Origin: Ginglymostoma cirratum
Lineage: Eukaryota
Assembly: GCA_024137785.1 (NCBI GenBank)
Contig: JAHRHZ010000009.1
Span: 5,321,371-5,385,370, forward strand
Reading direction: 5' to 3'
Length of the DNA: 64,000 nucleotides
The notes below the pieces were generated by a model, which was not told the origin of the DNA, made no database searches, and worked only from the letters and a program-made list of their open reading frames with translations. Positions 24,785 to 38,480 of the stretch are shown piece by piece (the stretch's first letter is position 1; every line of letters starts with the position of its first letter). A program made the position numbers and the translations under genes.

Positions 24785-26205
24785 GATAAAAAGTGAAGAA
24801 TGACTAAAAGATAAATAAAGAGGAAGAAATTAAAGTAGGGGATAAAGTTAGCTAGAAATTTAAAAACAGATAGTAAGAGTTTCTATAGATAGTCAAAGAA
24901 GAAAAGTTAACAAAGTGAGCATTGGCCTTAAAGGAAGAGAGTCTAAGAAATCAATAATAGAGAGGAAGGAAATGTTAGCTGAATCAAACAGGTACTTTAT
25001 ATCGTTCTTCATGATAGAGGAAAGAGGTAGCATCCCAGGAATAACTATAAATCAGAAAATAGAAGGGAGACAGGAACATCTCAGGAACGCTATAATCACA
25101 AGGGAAAATGTACTCAGCAAAGTTTGGAGCTGATGGCTGACAAGTCCTTGGGTCCTAATTGACTTCATTCTCACCTCTCAAAAAGCAGTTGCTGCTTTGG
25201 ATGATTATGTATTGATTTTAATTCTCTATAATCCCCTACTATCAGGGATGGTTCCATTCGATTAAAAAATGGATAAGACAACTGCTTTCTTCAAAAAGGC
25301 AGTGAGATAAAAAGCAGGAAACTGTAATCCAGTTAGATTTATGTCTATCATGGGAAAGATGTTTGAAACTGTTATTAAAATTCTTGCACCTGAGCACATA
25401 AAAAGGTAATTAAGCAGTGTGGAACAGGAAAATCATGTTTAACCAGCTTATTGAAGTTCTTTGATGGAGTAATATGTGCTGTGGATGGAGGGGAACCTGT
25501 GGATATACTGTACTTATATCTCTAGAAGGCATTTTGTAAGGTGCCACATGAAAGATTATTGTGGAAAATCAGAACACATGGTGTAGGGGTAACTCACTGA
25601 TATATATTGAAGATAGGTTAGTTAACACAAAGCAGGGTAGGCATAAGTGAGTAATTTTCTGCTTGGCAAGATGCAATATGTCATGCGCCACAGGGATCAG
25701 TGCTGAGATCTCAATTTTTTACAGTTTATATAAATGACTCAGATGAAGGGGTTTAAAACATAGTTGCTAAATTTACTGATTACACAAAGATAGGTAGGAA
25801 ATAAGCTGTGAAAATAACATAAAAAGGCAGCAAAAGGTTCAGATAGGTTAAGTAAGTGAGCAAAGAGGTGGCATATGGAACACAATGTGGGAAAATGTGA
25901 AATTATTCATTTTGACGCAAAGGATAAAAAGAAGCATATTATCTAAGTGGCGAGACATTGCAAAGCTCAGAGCTAAGAGAAATCTGAGTGTCCTCGTACA
26001 TGAATTAAAGAATGTTTGTATGCAGGTAGAGCAAGTAATTAAGAAAGCTAATTTTAATATAAAATTGAACACAACAATAGGATTTTATGGTTAATGATAC
26101 AGATCATTTGTGAGTATGGAGAACATATATGGATTTTACCTTCTTATCTAAGAAAGGCTGTTAATGCACCGGAGGTAGTTCAGTAAAGGTTCATTAGACA
26201 AATAG
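24785..26205 (+). mobile_element. Degenerate CR1 LINE ORF2 (RT region)
   Basis: Remnants GKSCLTSLLKFFD, VDILYL..KAFCKVPH, PQGSVL..LYIND..VAKFTD.TKIG. Confidence 0.85.
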
Positions 26206-26529
26206 AGTCATAGATTTATAGAGATTCTACAGCATAGAAAGAGAGCCTTAAGTCCATTCTATCCATGCCGGTCATCAAACATCTATTCCAGTCCCATTTT
26301 CCAGCACTTGGCTCATGGCTTTAAATGCTTGACGTTCAAGTGTTCATTGTTTTAAACGTCTTGAGGGTTCTTGCCTCCACCACTCTTTAGACATTGAGCT
26401 CCAGATAAACCATCCTCAGTGTGAAAAGATTTTTCTCTAATATCTTGAATGATTGGTTGTTCTTCTGAGGAAAGTTTGGACCGGCTAGGATCGTAAACTC
26501 AGGATTTTAGAAGATTATACTGAAATTCA

Positions 26530-26940
26530 TAGCATCATAGAGTCATACAGCATGGAAACAGACCCTTCGGTCTAGCCAATCCAAGCTGACAATGTTCCCA
26601 AACTAAACTAGTCTCACTTGACTGTGTTTAGCCCATATCCCTCCAAAGATTTCCTATTCATTACATACCCAAACATCCTTTAATCGCTGTAACTATACCA
26701 GTATCCATCACTTCCTCTGGCAGTTCATTCCACACACAAATCACTCTCTGTCTAAAAAATGTTGCCCCTCAGGTCCTTTGTACATCTTTCTCCTCTCATC
26801 CTTAAAAATATGCCCCCTAGTTTTGAACTCCTCCACCTTTAGGAAAAGACCTTTGCTATTCACCTTACCCATTCCCTTCAGGATTTTATAAACCTCTATA
26901 AGGTCACCCCTCAACCTCCCATGCTCTTGGGGAAAAATTC
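26530..26940 (-). mobile_element. CR1 LINE 3' end
   Basis: EHGRLRGDLIEVYKILKGMGKV...FKTRGH (ORF 26741-27040) plus tail. Confidence 0.9.
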
Positions 26941-26944
26941 CCAG

Positions 26945-27120
26945 TGCTAGTGGAACAGATGGCTGTTCTGTCATTAGATAGAGAGAGAGAGAAAGAGAAA
27001 GAGAGAGGGAGGACTCTTGATGGTTTAACCTGAGGATCACTATGCCTCAGGCAAAGGGAAAGGTTCAGAAGGGAGTTCTTCATAATAACCTCAGCTGGTG
27101 CGGGATTTGAACCTACATTG
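26945..27120 (-). mobile_element. tRNA-derived SINE fragment (third family) with a (GA)n tract
   Basis: Minus strand reads ggttcaaatcccgcaccagctgaggttattatgaag...cctcaggttaaacc. Confidence 0.55.
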
Positions 27121-28768
27121 TTTTCTCACAAAGGGTCAAGGTAGTGGAAGTAGAGTCTTTAACTATTTTTTCAGGCAATGTTAGGTAGATTTTCGATAAG
27201 CTATGGAGTGAAAAGACAGGACTGTGGGGTAATCAGAGCAGCCCAGGCCCAGCCGAGAACAGGCTTAAGGGGCTAAATATCCTAATCCTGCTCTTAATTC
27301 ATATATTTGTATCTTTGTCTCCTTTTTATCTCCTTTTTAAGCAATGCAACAATATGGGCTATCTTTCTGTTCCATGGCACCGCACCAGAGAGGATTGGAA
27401 ATTAATTTTCAGAGTTTCTGATATTTCTTTGGGTTTGGAGAGTTAACCACTTCCAAAGATGTAAAGTCCCTTCGTCCTTTCTCTTTCTTTATGCTGATTT
27501 CATCTAATGTTACACATTGTTCCATCTTGATTGAAATTACTGTATCATCTCTCATTCTTATTGCAAAACCAGACCCAAAGTATTCATTAAGAACTATATC
27601 AATGTCCTCTGTCTTCATGTGCAGTTTACCCTTGTAAACCCCTAAGAGGGCTTTCCTGTCTGTTCAACTATACTCCTGCTCATAACATGTCTGTAGAAAC
27701 ACTTCGTGTTTTCTTTGATTTTACTTACAGAATCACTTCATGCCTTCTCGTGGCAAACTAAGTTTCATTTTAACAACAACTTATATTTATGAAAAACCTT
27801 TAACATAATAATCAAAAGGGGCTTCACAGGAGCATTATAACTCTGCGCATTTAAAAAACTTAAACTGTGCTTTCAAATGATGTAGCCAAGGTAAAACATA
27901 TAGATAAGATATAGGAGGTGGTCGAGGATAAATCCTTTGAGACTATGAGAGGTAACAGTGCAGGAACAGGGAGAGCAACAATTGCCAGTATTTCTTTCTT
28001 GATAATTAGATAAGAATAGAACCATGGAAAAGAAGTCAAAGACTTCAGAAGCCTGAAACACAAAGGAGCTTAAGAGTCTTAGTTCAGGATTCTCTTAAGG
28101 TTAGCATGCAGGTTCAATTGGCATTAAAGGAAGCAAATGTTCACATTTATTTCAAGAGGGTTTGAATACAAGAACAGAAATGTAATGGTGAGGCTGTATA
28201 AGATTCTGGGCAGACTGCATTTGGAATTTGTGAGCAGTTTTGGACCCTGTATTAATCTTGGAGGGTGTCGAAAGGAGGTTCACAAGAATGATCTAGGAAT
28301 GAAGGGCTTGTCATATGAGAAGCGGCTGAGGACTCTGGGTCTTCACTCAAAAGAGTTAAGGAGGATGGGGTGTGGTGCGGGGGTTGGTCTCAGTGTGGAG
28401 CTGGACGAGGTCAGCAGGCCAGACATCATCAGAGGATGCTGCCCTGCCTGCTGTGTTCCTCCAGCTCCACACTGTGTTATCTCAAACTCCAGCATCAGCA
28501 GTTCTTACTGTCTCGGGGGGGGTGGTGGTTGGTGGGGATGGGTCTGACTGAAACTTACAGAATACTGAGAGGCTTGGATACAGTCAACACGGAGAAGATG
28601 TTTCCACTAGTACATGAAACTAGGACCCAATGGCACAGCCTCAGATTGGAGATACAACCCATTAGAAGTGACATGAAGAGGAATTTTTTGAACAAGAGGG
28701 TGGTTCATCTGTGAAACCCATTACCACAGAAGGCATTGGAGGCCAAGACAGTATATTTAAATACTGAG

Positions 28769-28896
28769 ATAATAGGAACTGCAGATACTGGAGAATCCGA
28801 GATAGCAAGTGTGGAGCTGGATGAACACAGCAGGCCAAGCAGCATCATAGGAGCAGGAAATCTTGACATTTCAGGCCTAGACCCTTCATCAGAAAA
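28769..28896 (-). mobile_element. PLE 3' tail with hammerhead motif and 13-bp TSD
   Basis: Flanked by tttaaatactgag at 28756-28768 and 28897-28909. Minus strand reads CTGATGA-agggtctaggcct-GAAA-TGTC. Confidence 0.8.
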
Positions 28897-29011
28897 TTTA
28901 AATACTGAGTTCATTTAAGACAGAGATAGATAGATTCTTGATTAATAAGGGAATCAATGGTTACAGGGACAAGGTGGAGAATGCGGTTGAGAAACATATA
29001 AGCCATGTGCC

Positions 29012-29362
29012 AGGGGTAGGAAATGGCCTCGTGGTTATCACCAGATTGTTAATCCAAAGACCCCGATAACATACTGGGAACCCAGGTTTGAATGCTGCCA
29101 TGGCAGATGGTGGAATTTGAACTCAATAAATTTCTGGAATTAAGAGTCTAGTGATGATTGCGAATCCATTGCCAATTGTTGGAAAAACCCATCTGGTTCA
29201 CTAATGTCCTGGAAGGAAATCCACCATCCTAACCTAATCTGGCCTACATGTGACTCCAGGCCCACAGCAATATGGTTGGCTCTTAACTGCCTTCTGGGCA
29301 ATTAGGAATGGGCAATAAATATTGCCTAGCCAGTGACGCTGTCATCCCATGAATGAATAAAG
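29012..29362 (+). mobile_element. tRNA-derived SINE (family B)
   Basis: Similar to 16427-16769 along its length. Confidence 0.85.
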
Positions 29363-29644
29363 GAGATGATTGAATAGTGTAACAGACTCAATAGGCCAAA
29401 TGGCCTAATTCTGCTCCTATATCTAATGGTCTTATGGTCATTCAGATGGAAGAAGATGTCAAAATATTGGAACAAGATGGCTGACCACTCTGTGAAGGGA
29501 TTACAGATCAAGAAAATTAGAACAAAATGGTATCTTTAAGGTAACCACAAAGGATGTCATTTTTGGCTTTAATAAAAACTGTTTAATTTAATGAAGTGGG
29601 GCAGAAATCTGATGGAGAAGAATTCAAGTATAGAGTTTCAAGAA

Positions 29645-29975
29645 GGGGGCAGCACAGTGGCTGAGTTTTAACATTGCTGCCTCACAACACCAGGGACACA
29701 GGTTTGTTTCCACTCTTAGATAACTTCTGTATGGAGTTTGCACATTCTCCCTGTGCCTGCATGGGTTTCCTTCAGGTGCTCCAGTTTCCTCCCACAGCCC
29801 ATCAATGTGCAGGGGAGGTGGATTATCCATGCTAAATTGTCCATAGTGTTCAGGAATGTTCAGATTAGTTGGGTTCGCTGTAGGAAATGGAAATGGCCTG
29901 AGTAAGATGCCTTTTGGAGGGCTGGTGCAGACTCGAGAGACTAAATGGTCCCTTGCCACACTGTAGGGATTTTAT
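29645..29975 (+). mobile_element. HE1/V-SINE
   Basis: ggggcagcacagtggctgag...atggagtttgcacattctccc...atgctaaattgtcc. Confidence 0.85.
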
Positions 29976-30879
29976 GGAAATGGATTTGGTCTTGGTTTCC
30001 AGCAAGTGATTGCAGGCAAAGCAGCTCGTAAAAGACACTGTTAGCACTAGGCTCCATGTAGTCAGCAGGTACCTCTCAAACCTTCATTCCCCTTTTTAAT
30101 ATAATCTACTTTGTCAGCCCATTTCTCCCAATTCACCTCCCCACCCCTGCCCCACAATGAAATAGTGAGCCACCAGACTGAACTGTCCCTTCTACATTCT
30201 TGCCTGCCCTGAACCCTGGCATCACATGCTAATGACCTTCATGGCTCTCTATTCTTCTCCTGTAGAGGCCTCAGTGGTGATCACCACCAAAATTCCCACC
30301 CTCTCCTGTGGGTGACCATGTGCTCTGATACTTTTCGCCAGCTCCCCTTACACCTGGAGTTTCCTTTCATCACCGCTCTTGTCCCCACCCACACCATCTG
30401 TCACTGCTCTCCAGCACAACCCAGCCTTGATTCCCCTAACCCCTCCCACACCTACATACCCCTCAATGGTCATTGGATGGAATCCGTGGACTGCATGCGC
30501 TCAGACCACTGACTGACCTCAACGAGCAAACCTGAGAAGTGACTGATCAGAACCTGAGCACTGTCTTTGTAGCAACCTGACTGATGATACATGCTTTCTC
30601 TGACTGCTTCTGATGATCACTCAGGACTGATTGTTATCTGCTGCCCAGACTGTAGTCCATCTGATCCCATGACAATGACTGGCCCAAGCAGATGACTGTC
30701 AGTAGCCAAACTCCTGGACTGTATGCTTATTGTACCCATAACTGATGATACTGGGATCCTTAACAAACAGCAAACTATTTTGAATGGACTGAGGTCTAGA
30801 GCCCACCCCCTTTTTGCTATTTGATTAAACAAGGGTGTCTGCCATGCAGGCAGCTGGCCCATGCTTTAGATGTTAGATT

Positions 30880-32150
30880 GATGTCTTGATGTGCCGTACA
30901 GCATGATATTCTCCCCTTAACCCCACACCTCCTTCCCGTCGCCATCACAGACAGATTTCTATCAACAAGTGTACAACATTTCTGCATCTACCCTGCCAAG
31001 TTCCCGAAGAATCCGATATGTTTCGATAAGGTCCCTTCTCAATCTTTATGTTCCAATGAGTACAGGTCCAAACTACTAAACTTCCCCTTATAAGACAGTC
31101 CTTCCATGCCTGGTATTAGCTTTTTCTGGACTGCTCCAATTTCAGTATTTTGTACCTTAGGTAAGTGGCCCAAAACTGTTCACGCAGGGACAGGACTAGG
31201 CCATTCAGCCCCTTGAGACTGTTCCACTATTCAATGAGATCATGGCTGACCTGTGGCCTAAATCCATATACCTGCCATTGACCCATTTAGTACAGTTGCT
31301 TAACAAAGATTTATGTATCTTAGATTTGGAAATAACAATTGGTCCCACATCCAATGCCATTTGTAGAAGAGAGTTCCAAACAACTACCGCCCTTTTTGTA
31401 CACATGTGCTTCCCAACATCACTCTGTATGGTCTGGCCCTAATTCTCAGACTATACCCCTAATTTCTGGAATCCTCAATCAGTAGAAAGAGTTTATCTTT
31501 ATTTACCCTGCCTTTCCTGTTAATATCCTGGCCACTTTGATCAGACCACCTTTTAAAACCTTCTAAATTCTAGAGAAAATGGGCCTAATTTAAATAATCT
31601 GTCCTGATAATTTGATCCCTGAAGACCAAGTATCATTCTTGTAAGCCTCTTGTAGACCATCTGTGGTCTCACTAGTACATTGAATAGTTTAACATAACCT
31701 CCCCACTTTGAAACTCCATTCCCTTTGAAATAAGGGCATTCCATTTTCCTTCCCTATTACTGTCTGAACTGCCAAAGTGCATAACCACTCATTTCCCTAC
31801 ATTACGTTCCACCTGCCATGTTTTTGCCCATTTATTTAATCTGTCTCTATCCCTCTGCAAACTCTGTGTCATCATCATCATTTGTCTTCCTCCCTTTTTA
31901 TTTCCCCTGCAAGGTAGGTTTTGGTATCTCTCTCATCATCCAAATCAAAATATATTGTGTAAATAATTATGGCCCCAGTCCTGATCTCTGTGGCACACCA
32001 TTACTTACAGGTTGCAATCCTGAAAATGCCACTCTTATCCCAACTCTCTATCTTCTACTAGTTAACCAATCCTATATCCACTATAATATGCCTCCCTCCA
32101 GCTCCATGGGCTCTTATTAAGTACCAAATATGTAGTACCTTATCTTAACC
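30880..32150 (-). mobile_element. Cluster of degenerate CR1 fragments
   Basis: CR1 tail (caggactaggccattcagcccc...) and RT-like remnants (gatctctgtggcacacca = GVPQRS on the minus strand). Confidence 0.7.
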
Positions 32151-32179
32151 CTAACCTATTCCAATGTTAAATAAAACAT

Positions 32180-33100
32180 AGAACTGAGAATGCAGGAGAT
32201 CCGAAACAAAAACAGAAATTGCTCGATTTTTTTTTTCCTACCTGCTATCAGTTCTGAAGAAGGGTCACTGGACTTGAAATATTAACTTCTGCTTTCTCTC
32301 CACAGAAGCCGCCTGGTTGGCTGAGTTTCTCCAGCAATTTCTGCTTTTCCTTCACCTTAATGCACCTTGCAATGTTTATCTGTGGTTCACCTGTATCCTG
32401 CGAGTGGATCAGCATCATGAGGATCATGAGTGGTTGACAAATATCAGATGCCAATGTCTGTGGCCAAGCGGTACATGTGGCTGGTGCCCATATATTGTGT
32501 CCTGAGATGCTGAATGGTGCTGATGAACATGGAGAGTCCTTGCAGCCAGAGGAGAAGCTGAAATTACTAGGTATCCTTCTGGACTCGATATTGAGTTCAA
32601 CAGTTACAGGATTTGAGGCATATTCTCCAATGACCACACCCCACCTCCAGGCCTTGCAATCACCTTGTCTGTTATCACACCCAACCTGTTGTTAGGCACT
32701 AATGGTCCCCATTAGTGACGATTCATTCTCCTAAGCTGATCGTTATCCACTCCTTTGTCTGTCCAGCTAATAACACACAAGGCCTGGTGCATGTAGGTGG
32801 GGTGTGGACATTGGAGAATGTGCCTCAAACCCTGAAATTGTTGAACTCAATATTGAGTCCAGAAGGTTACCTCGTAATTTTTCTCTCATTAGTCTCTGTC
32901 TCCACCTATCATTTACTCCTAACCCTCTCCCCCAACCCTATCTTTTTCATAAAAACCAACTTTCTTTGAGCTATCATCAGTTCTGAGGAAGGGTCACTGG
33001 ACCTGAAACGTTAACTCTGATTTCTCTCCAAGATGCTGCCAGGCCTGCTGAGCTTTCTGTTTTTGTTCCTGATTTCCAGCATCTGCACTTCTTTTGGGTT
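32180..33100 (+). mobile_element. Rearranged PLE 3' region: two tails with hammerhead motifs and an internal inverted duplication
   Basis: Hammerhead-like motifs start at 32254 and 32983. ggactcgatattgagttcaac (GLDIEFN, end of GIY-YIG ORF) is repeated in inverted orientation at ~32800-32880. Confidence 0.7.
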
Positions 33101-35509
33101 CTATTCTCACTGGGTATCTGCTATGGCTTCGTGTCGAGGGTTCTCAATGTCAAACGTGTTCGACTTTTTTGGTACAATTGGGAGCTGAATATCAATGAGG
33201 TGTTTTAATAAGACACAGACTAAGCTTTGTCAGAAGAAAACCATCTGGCTCACTATTGTCTTTCAGAGAAGGAAATCTGTCATCCTCACGTGTTCTGGCC
33301 TATGTGTGATTCCAGAGCCACAGCAATGTGGTTGACACTCAACTGCTCTCTGAAATGGCCTAGCCAGCCACTCAGTTCACGGACAGCTAGGAACAGGCAA
33401 CACAAGCTGCCAGCCAACAATGCCCACATCCCACATGTCAGCAAATAAAAGCTGTAATCTCACTTAATTGGCAGCCCATCTCTGTCTTGTGAGAACCTTG
33501 CCTCACACCTTGCAGGTGCAGTGAGTTCTATGAATTCAAGATAGGTCTCACTGGACTTTTCAATGAGTCTGCAACAAATCTCACCATAGCCCGCATTGCT
33601 CAAACCCCTATAAGATTCCACTTAGTGACGTTTTGAATCAAATGACTTTCCTTCCAAAAGACTCTTTTTCAATAGGGAGCTGATTACCACACCTCACCCG
33701 GCCATTATAATTATCAATATCCATCAATGGGTACTGTATCCATTTCTCACTGCAATCTCTGTTTTACTCCCAGGTAAATTCAAACTCGCACATCAATTGC
33801 ATCAAGACTAGAGGCTATTTTAATTTCTGTTTGATTGCACTGAGGGAAGCTTAACTTATATATCAGTTGTACAATTAAAAATATTCTAGCCGGACCTCTT
33901 AAACTTAATACGTCACTGCTAACCTATTTTCAACTTGAAGTCTTGCTTCATAAATTATTCTTTACTGAACTCTGTTCCAGAAGAATCTAAATCTTTCTGA
34001 ACTTGCTTAACTTCAACCATCTGTCAGCTTGGTTTGCATGGTATAAGTACCATCCCATTCATAATAGCAGTAAACACAGACTGCAGCAAATATAAACATT
34101 CTTTTCAGACATGTCACTTACTTTTACGGCTTCCAAAGAAGAGTTATATTGGACACAGAATGTTACTTCTGCCTCTGTCTCCGGCCATACTGTCAGACTA
34201 GCTGAGTTTCTGCAGCATTTTCTGTTTTTATTTCAGTTTCACTGAATTGAGTTGAACGGTCAGCAAGAGATTGGGCTTTGGACGTCGGAAGTTCAGGTTG
34301 TCCACTTAGATTGTGAAAAGTCCTTTTCTTCAAGCTATTATCTGAAATACATAAGTCTCAGCATTGACTCTTTCTGTGGTCATTGCATTTAGGCAAGATT
34401 GCTGCAGACACCATTAGCATTTTAGTCTATTTCTGGTGCAAACTTCTGCAGTCAGCAAGACACAAGGGAGATATTTAAGTGCAGGAAACAGTAGAGAAAA
34501 ATGATACAAGCCTGATCATTAGTGTCAAAGTTCTGTGCAATAAGAAAGGGCTTGTGTATTTCACCTTTAAAAGTAGACATCTGACCAGTAATCTATTAAA
34601 AGTTTATATGATTGTAAATAATACGGAAACTGGATCCAGCAAAAATGTGAAAGTAATGTACAGGGATATTGGCTCAAATGATTATAAGAGAAATTTAACT
34701 CTTGCCCAATATCTCAGTGGATTTTCCATCACAATCCTCAAGCTACTGAGTCCTGATCAGGTTGAAGCCATGTGTCTGATTGTGTTTGGGGGACCATTGA
34801 CTCCATCATCAGGTGTTAAGACCTAGAAGTCTCAAACAAAGTCTGGTGTGAGGGTGTTGTGAAGGAATGAGGGTGGGGTAACGTGTGCAAATGATCTGGG
34901 GTTGGGAGGAACAGTGATGAAGGGAGTTTTTAGTAATAATCAAGCCATTTAATATGGGTTCTGATGGATCACCTCTATTCTTGCTGGCTCCACATTCAAC
35001 GACAAGACCTAACTTCTTGGTCAGCAAGTGTACGATACAAACATAAACTGAGGAAGGTTCTGAGGAAGGGTCCGGACCCAAAACATTAACTCTGTTTTTT
35101 CCTTCACAGATGCTGCCAGACCTGCTGAGCTTTTCCAGCAACTTTGTTTTTGTTCCTGATTTACAACATCCGCAGTTCTTTGTTTTTTTTAAAGTGTAGG
35201 ATAGGGCTAGTTTTCCTAAGTGATGGCCAGACCTGCCTGAAGGCAAATCAATATTGCAGTGACTTCTGTAAGAACACATTTAAATCACATTCTTGTATAT
35301 GCAAATGATTCAGGCATGGATCAAAGGCACCTTTTGTTTGAGCTTACCTGATATGGTGATTGTTGCTGTTCCATAACAAGGTATGCATGTTTCCTTTGTG
35401 ATATTTTTCAGGCTTTATTTGGCTGCACAGAGCCTGTAACATGAGCTTATACATGTATCCCAATTCCAAGACCCTTAACGAAAAACGAAGGAGAAATCTG
35501 GTAATCAGA

Positions 35510-35658
35510 ATCCGCCTCCCCCTCTCTCCCTATTTATTTCAGAACCCTCTTCCCCTCCCCCATTTCTGATGAAGGGTCGAGGCCCGAAACGTCAAGTTTT
35601 CCTGCTCCTATGATGCTGCTTGGCCTGCTGTGTTCATCCAGCCCCACGCCTTGTTATA
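35510..35658 (+). mobile_element. Young PLE 3' tail with intact hammerhead motif (35566-35593)
   Basis: attt-CTGATGA-a-GGGTC-ga-GGCCC-GAAAC-GTC-aagt; nearly identical to 62191-62340. Confidence 0.85.
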
Positions 35659-35784
35659 CCAGAGAAACTCTTTTGTGTGCCCAATGGATCCACAAAATTC
35701 TCATTGCCAATAAAATATCCATATTACAAACATGGCCCTGCAACATTTCAAAATAATACAAACAGAAAGTGCTGCAAATACTTG

Positions 35785-36135
35785 GGGCAGTACAGTGGCT
35801 CAGTGGTTCACATTGCCGCCTCTCAGTGCCAGGAACCTGACTTCAATTCCAACCTCAAGTGATTGTGTGGAGTTTGCACATTCTCATCATGTTTGTATGG
35901 TTTTCCTCTGGGTCCTCTGGTTTCCTCCCACAGTCCAAAACATGTGCAGATTAGGCAGACTTGCTATGCTAAATTGGCCCATAAAATCCAGGGATAAGCA
36001 GGCTAGATGAAATAGCCACAGAAAATGCAGTGTTACAGGGATAGGGGTGGGCCCAGGCTGGATTATCTTCAGAGGGACAGTGTGGACTCACTGGGCCAAA
36101 TGGCCTGCTTTCACACTGTAGGGATTTGACCATGA
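35785..36135 (+). mobile_element. HE1/V-SINE
   Basis: gggcagtacagtggctcagtgg...gtgtggagtttgcacattctc...gggccaaatggcctgct. Confidence 0.85.
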
Positions 36136-37209
36136 TTTTATTCTACTCAGAAGCGCTGGAAGCATCTGTGGAGAGAAAATAGAGTTGACATTGATCGATA
36201 ATGGCCCTTCTTCAGAACAGAACTAATAACTCTATGTTTGCTAAATTGTAAGGACCAGAAGATAAAATTTTATTTAATCCACTTAAAACTTTTCAGAAAA
36301 TAGCACAATTTTACTGTTTTGAAATTTTTCAAATTCCTCTTCGTATTCAAATGTACATGGTTCTTTCCTTACCATTAACTAAGACCCATTTGGAAGTCCA
36401 GGGAAAAAGGATACTGATACAATCGTGTGCGACAGTGTTTCCTGGAACCTTTTGAGATGGCTTGTGTAGTTTCACTATTATCAGTCCTTTTTTATATTTG
36501 TATTATTTGTAGTGGCTGAGACCAAGTGGGAAACGATGTCCACATGAAGTCTTCAGCAGAAGACAAGCTTAATTTTGGTAGATGACAAATGTTTATTACA
36601 CAGCACACAGATGCTTTGGAACTAGTTCCAAGCTAGTTCCATTACAAGATACATGATTGTCCCTTGCAAGACATTAGACCTTACTTAAGAGTAAGTACCC
36701 CTCACTGTTAGTTACATGGACATAGCACTAGAACAACTAACATGGCAACATTGGAACACTGGTATTAGAATTTGCCTGGAAACTGATTCATTCTGCTTAG
36801 GAACAAGCCTTTGTATCCTGATGGGGTAGTTTATTCTCCCAATGTCAATTAACCCTTTCAAGAACTAGCTGCCTTCTATATATTACAGCTGCCATTCTGA
36901 GTGGTTATATGAATGCAGATACAGAGTTCAGGAGGATCATTGGATTGTGGTGATACAGCAAGACAGAAACAGACAGGCAGTGCAACAAATCTCAGGCAGA
37001 AAGCCACTCTCAAACAATGTTTAGTCAATATCAGTAATGGTGATACTACCTTCAGATATCCAATTATCCCCATGGAACTGTGGGCAAATACAATGGTCAG
37101 AGTTGAATCAATATTCAAGATAATCGGCAGTAGACTCTGCAAACTGGCATGTGTTTTTTTAATACGCTTGTGGGTTTTTCTGGCTTTCATGGACCTTCAC
37201 TAACTGACC

Positions 37210-38480
37210 TTGGGAAAATGATAACATACCATCTCATTGAACCACTGCAGTCCATGTGATATAGATATTACTGCAGGTGATCCAGGAGTCTTACAGTGAA
37301 GGAGTGGTGATATTGTTCCAAGTCAGGGTGCTGTGTGGTTTGCAGGGGAAGTTGCAAATGGTTGAGTTCCAATGCATCTGCTATCCTTATCATTTAGAGT
37401 AAGGGAGATTGTAGGCTTTGGCAGTGCTATTAAAGGAGATTCAGTGAGTTGTAGTGTATCTTGAAAATGATACACTCTGCTGCCATTATACACCAGTATT
37501 GGAGGGAGTGAATGTTTAAGACGGTGGGCTGGGTGCAAGCCAAACAAGTGTTGAAATTCGCATATATTATTGGAGCTGTTGGAATCCAGACATGTTCTGA
37601 CACCATGTGGAAGATAACAAACTATGGAGAGTCAAGAGGTGAATTGCTGATTACAGAATTCTCTGACCTGTTTTTGTAGCTACAGCATTAATACAACGAT
37701 AAAGTTAAGTTTCTGATCAATGGAAGCCTCTCAGCTTTTGATATGGGGTATTTCACTGATGGTAGTTCCATTGAATGGCTTATTGGAGATGGATATTGCC
37801 TGACACTTATGTGGTACAAATATTACACGCAACACATTAACACAAGTCTCAATTTCGTCCAAGTCTGCATATGAGCTCTGACCACATCATGTTTTGAAGA
37901 GCTCTGTAGCATATAGAGGTCTATAGCACAGAAATGGCCCTTCAACTCATTGAACCTGCATCAGTCAAAATACAACCATCGAGTTATACTAAGCTCATTC
38001 TTCATTAGGGTTATAGAGGTCTGCAACTCAGCTATGAACATTATGCAATGATCGGTGAACAACTTGACTTCTGGCCTTATGAAGTAATTGATGAAGCAGC
38101 TGAAGATATTTAGACTTATGATATGATCTTGAGAAATATCTGCAGAAATGCTCAGGGCCTTTGATGCCACACTGAATTAAACATCTCTGAAATTCAGTTC
38201 TGTTGGCTATGTTCTGTCAAAGTCTACAGTTAGGTCCAGAACTGAGTACTAGGAAAAACAAGGACACAAACTTTGTCAATTTTCCACATTGTTGGTTAGA
38301 TTCAAACATTCTAGTAATTCTGGAGCAGCTTGGTTAGAGGTGCAGAAAGTTATGGAGCCCATGTCATCAATAACATAACTGGGAAGTTGGCAGATGCAGA
38401 GCTTCTGCCATATCCAATACATTCAACCATTTCTGGATGTTATACACAGTGAATTGGATGAATTGAAAACCTAACATTAT
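37210..38480 (-). mobile_element. Degenerate LINE (same CR1-clade family as 44870-46190)
   Basis: Shares blocks such as ttgaaccactgcagtccatgtg, tccaatgcatctgct and gaacattatgcaatgatcggtgaac with 44960-45720. Confidence 0.65.

Larger units (their letters stand above)
28050..29435 (+). mobile_element. CR1 LINE 3' part with nested PLE tails and SINE
   Basis: FISRGFEYKNRNVMVRLYKIL...LSYEKRLRTLGL...TYRILRGLDTV; the 3' tail is at 29365-29435. Confidence 0.85.

Noticed and set aside
33745-33780. + strand tactcccag|gtaaat recursive-site-like motif (similar at ~16958 and ~40677)
   Set aside because: The donors are weaker and such motifs are frequent by chance; one lies inside a probable transposon.
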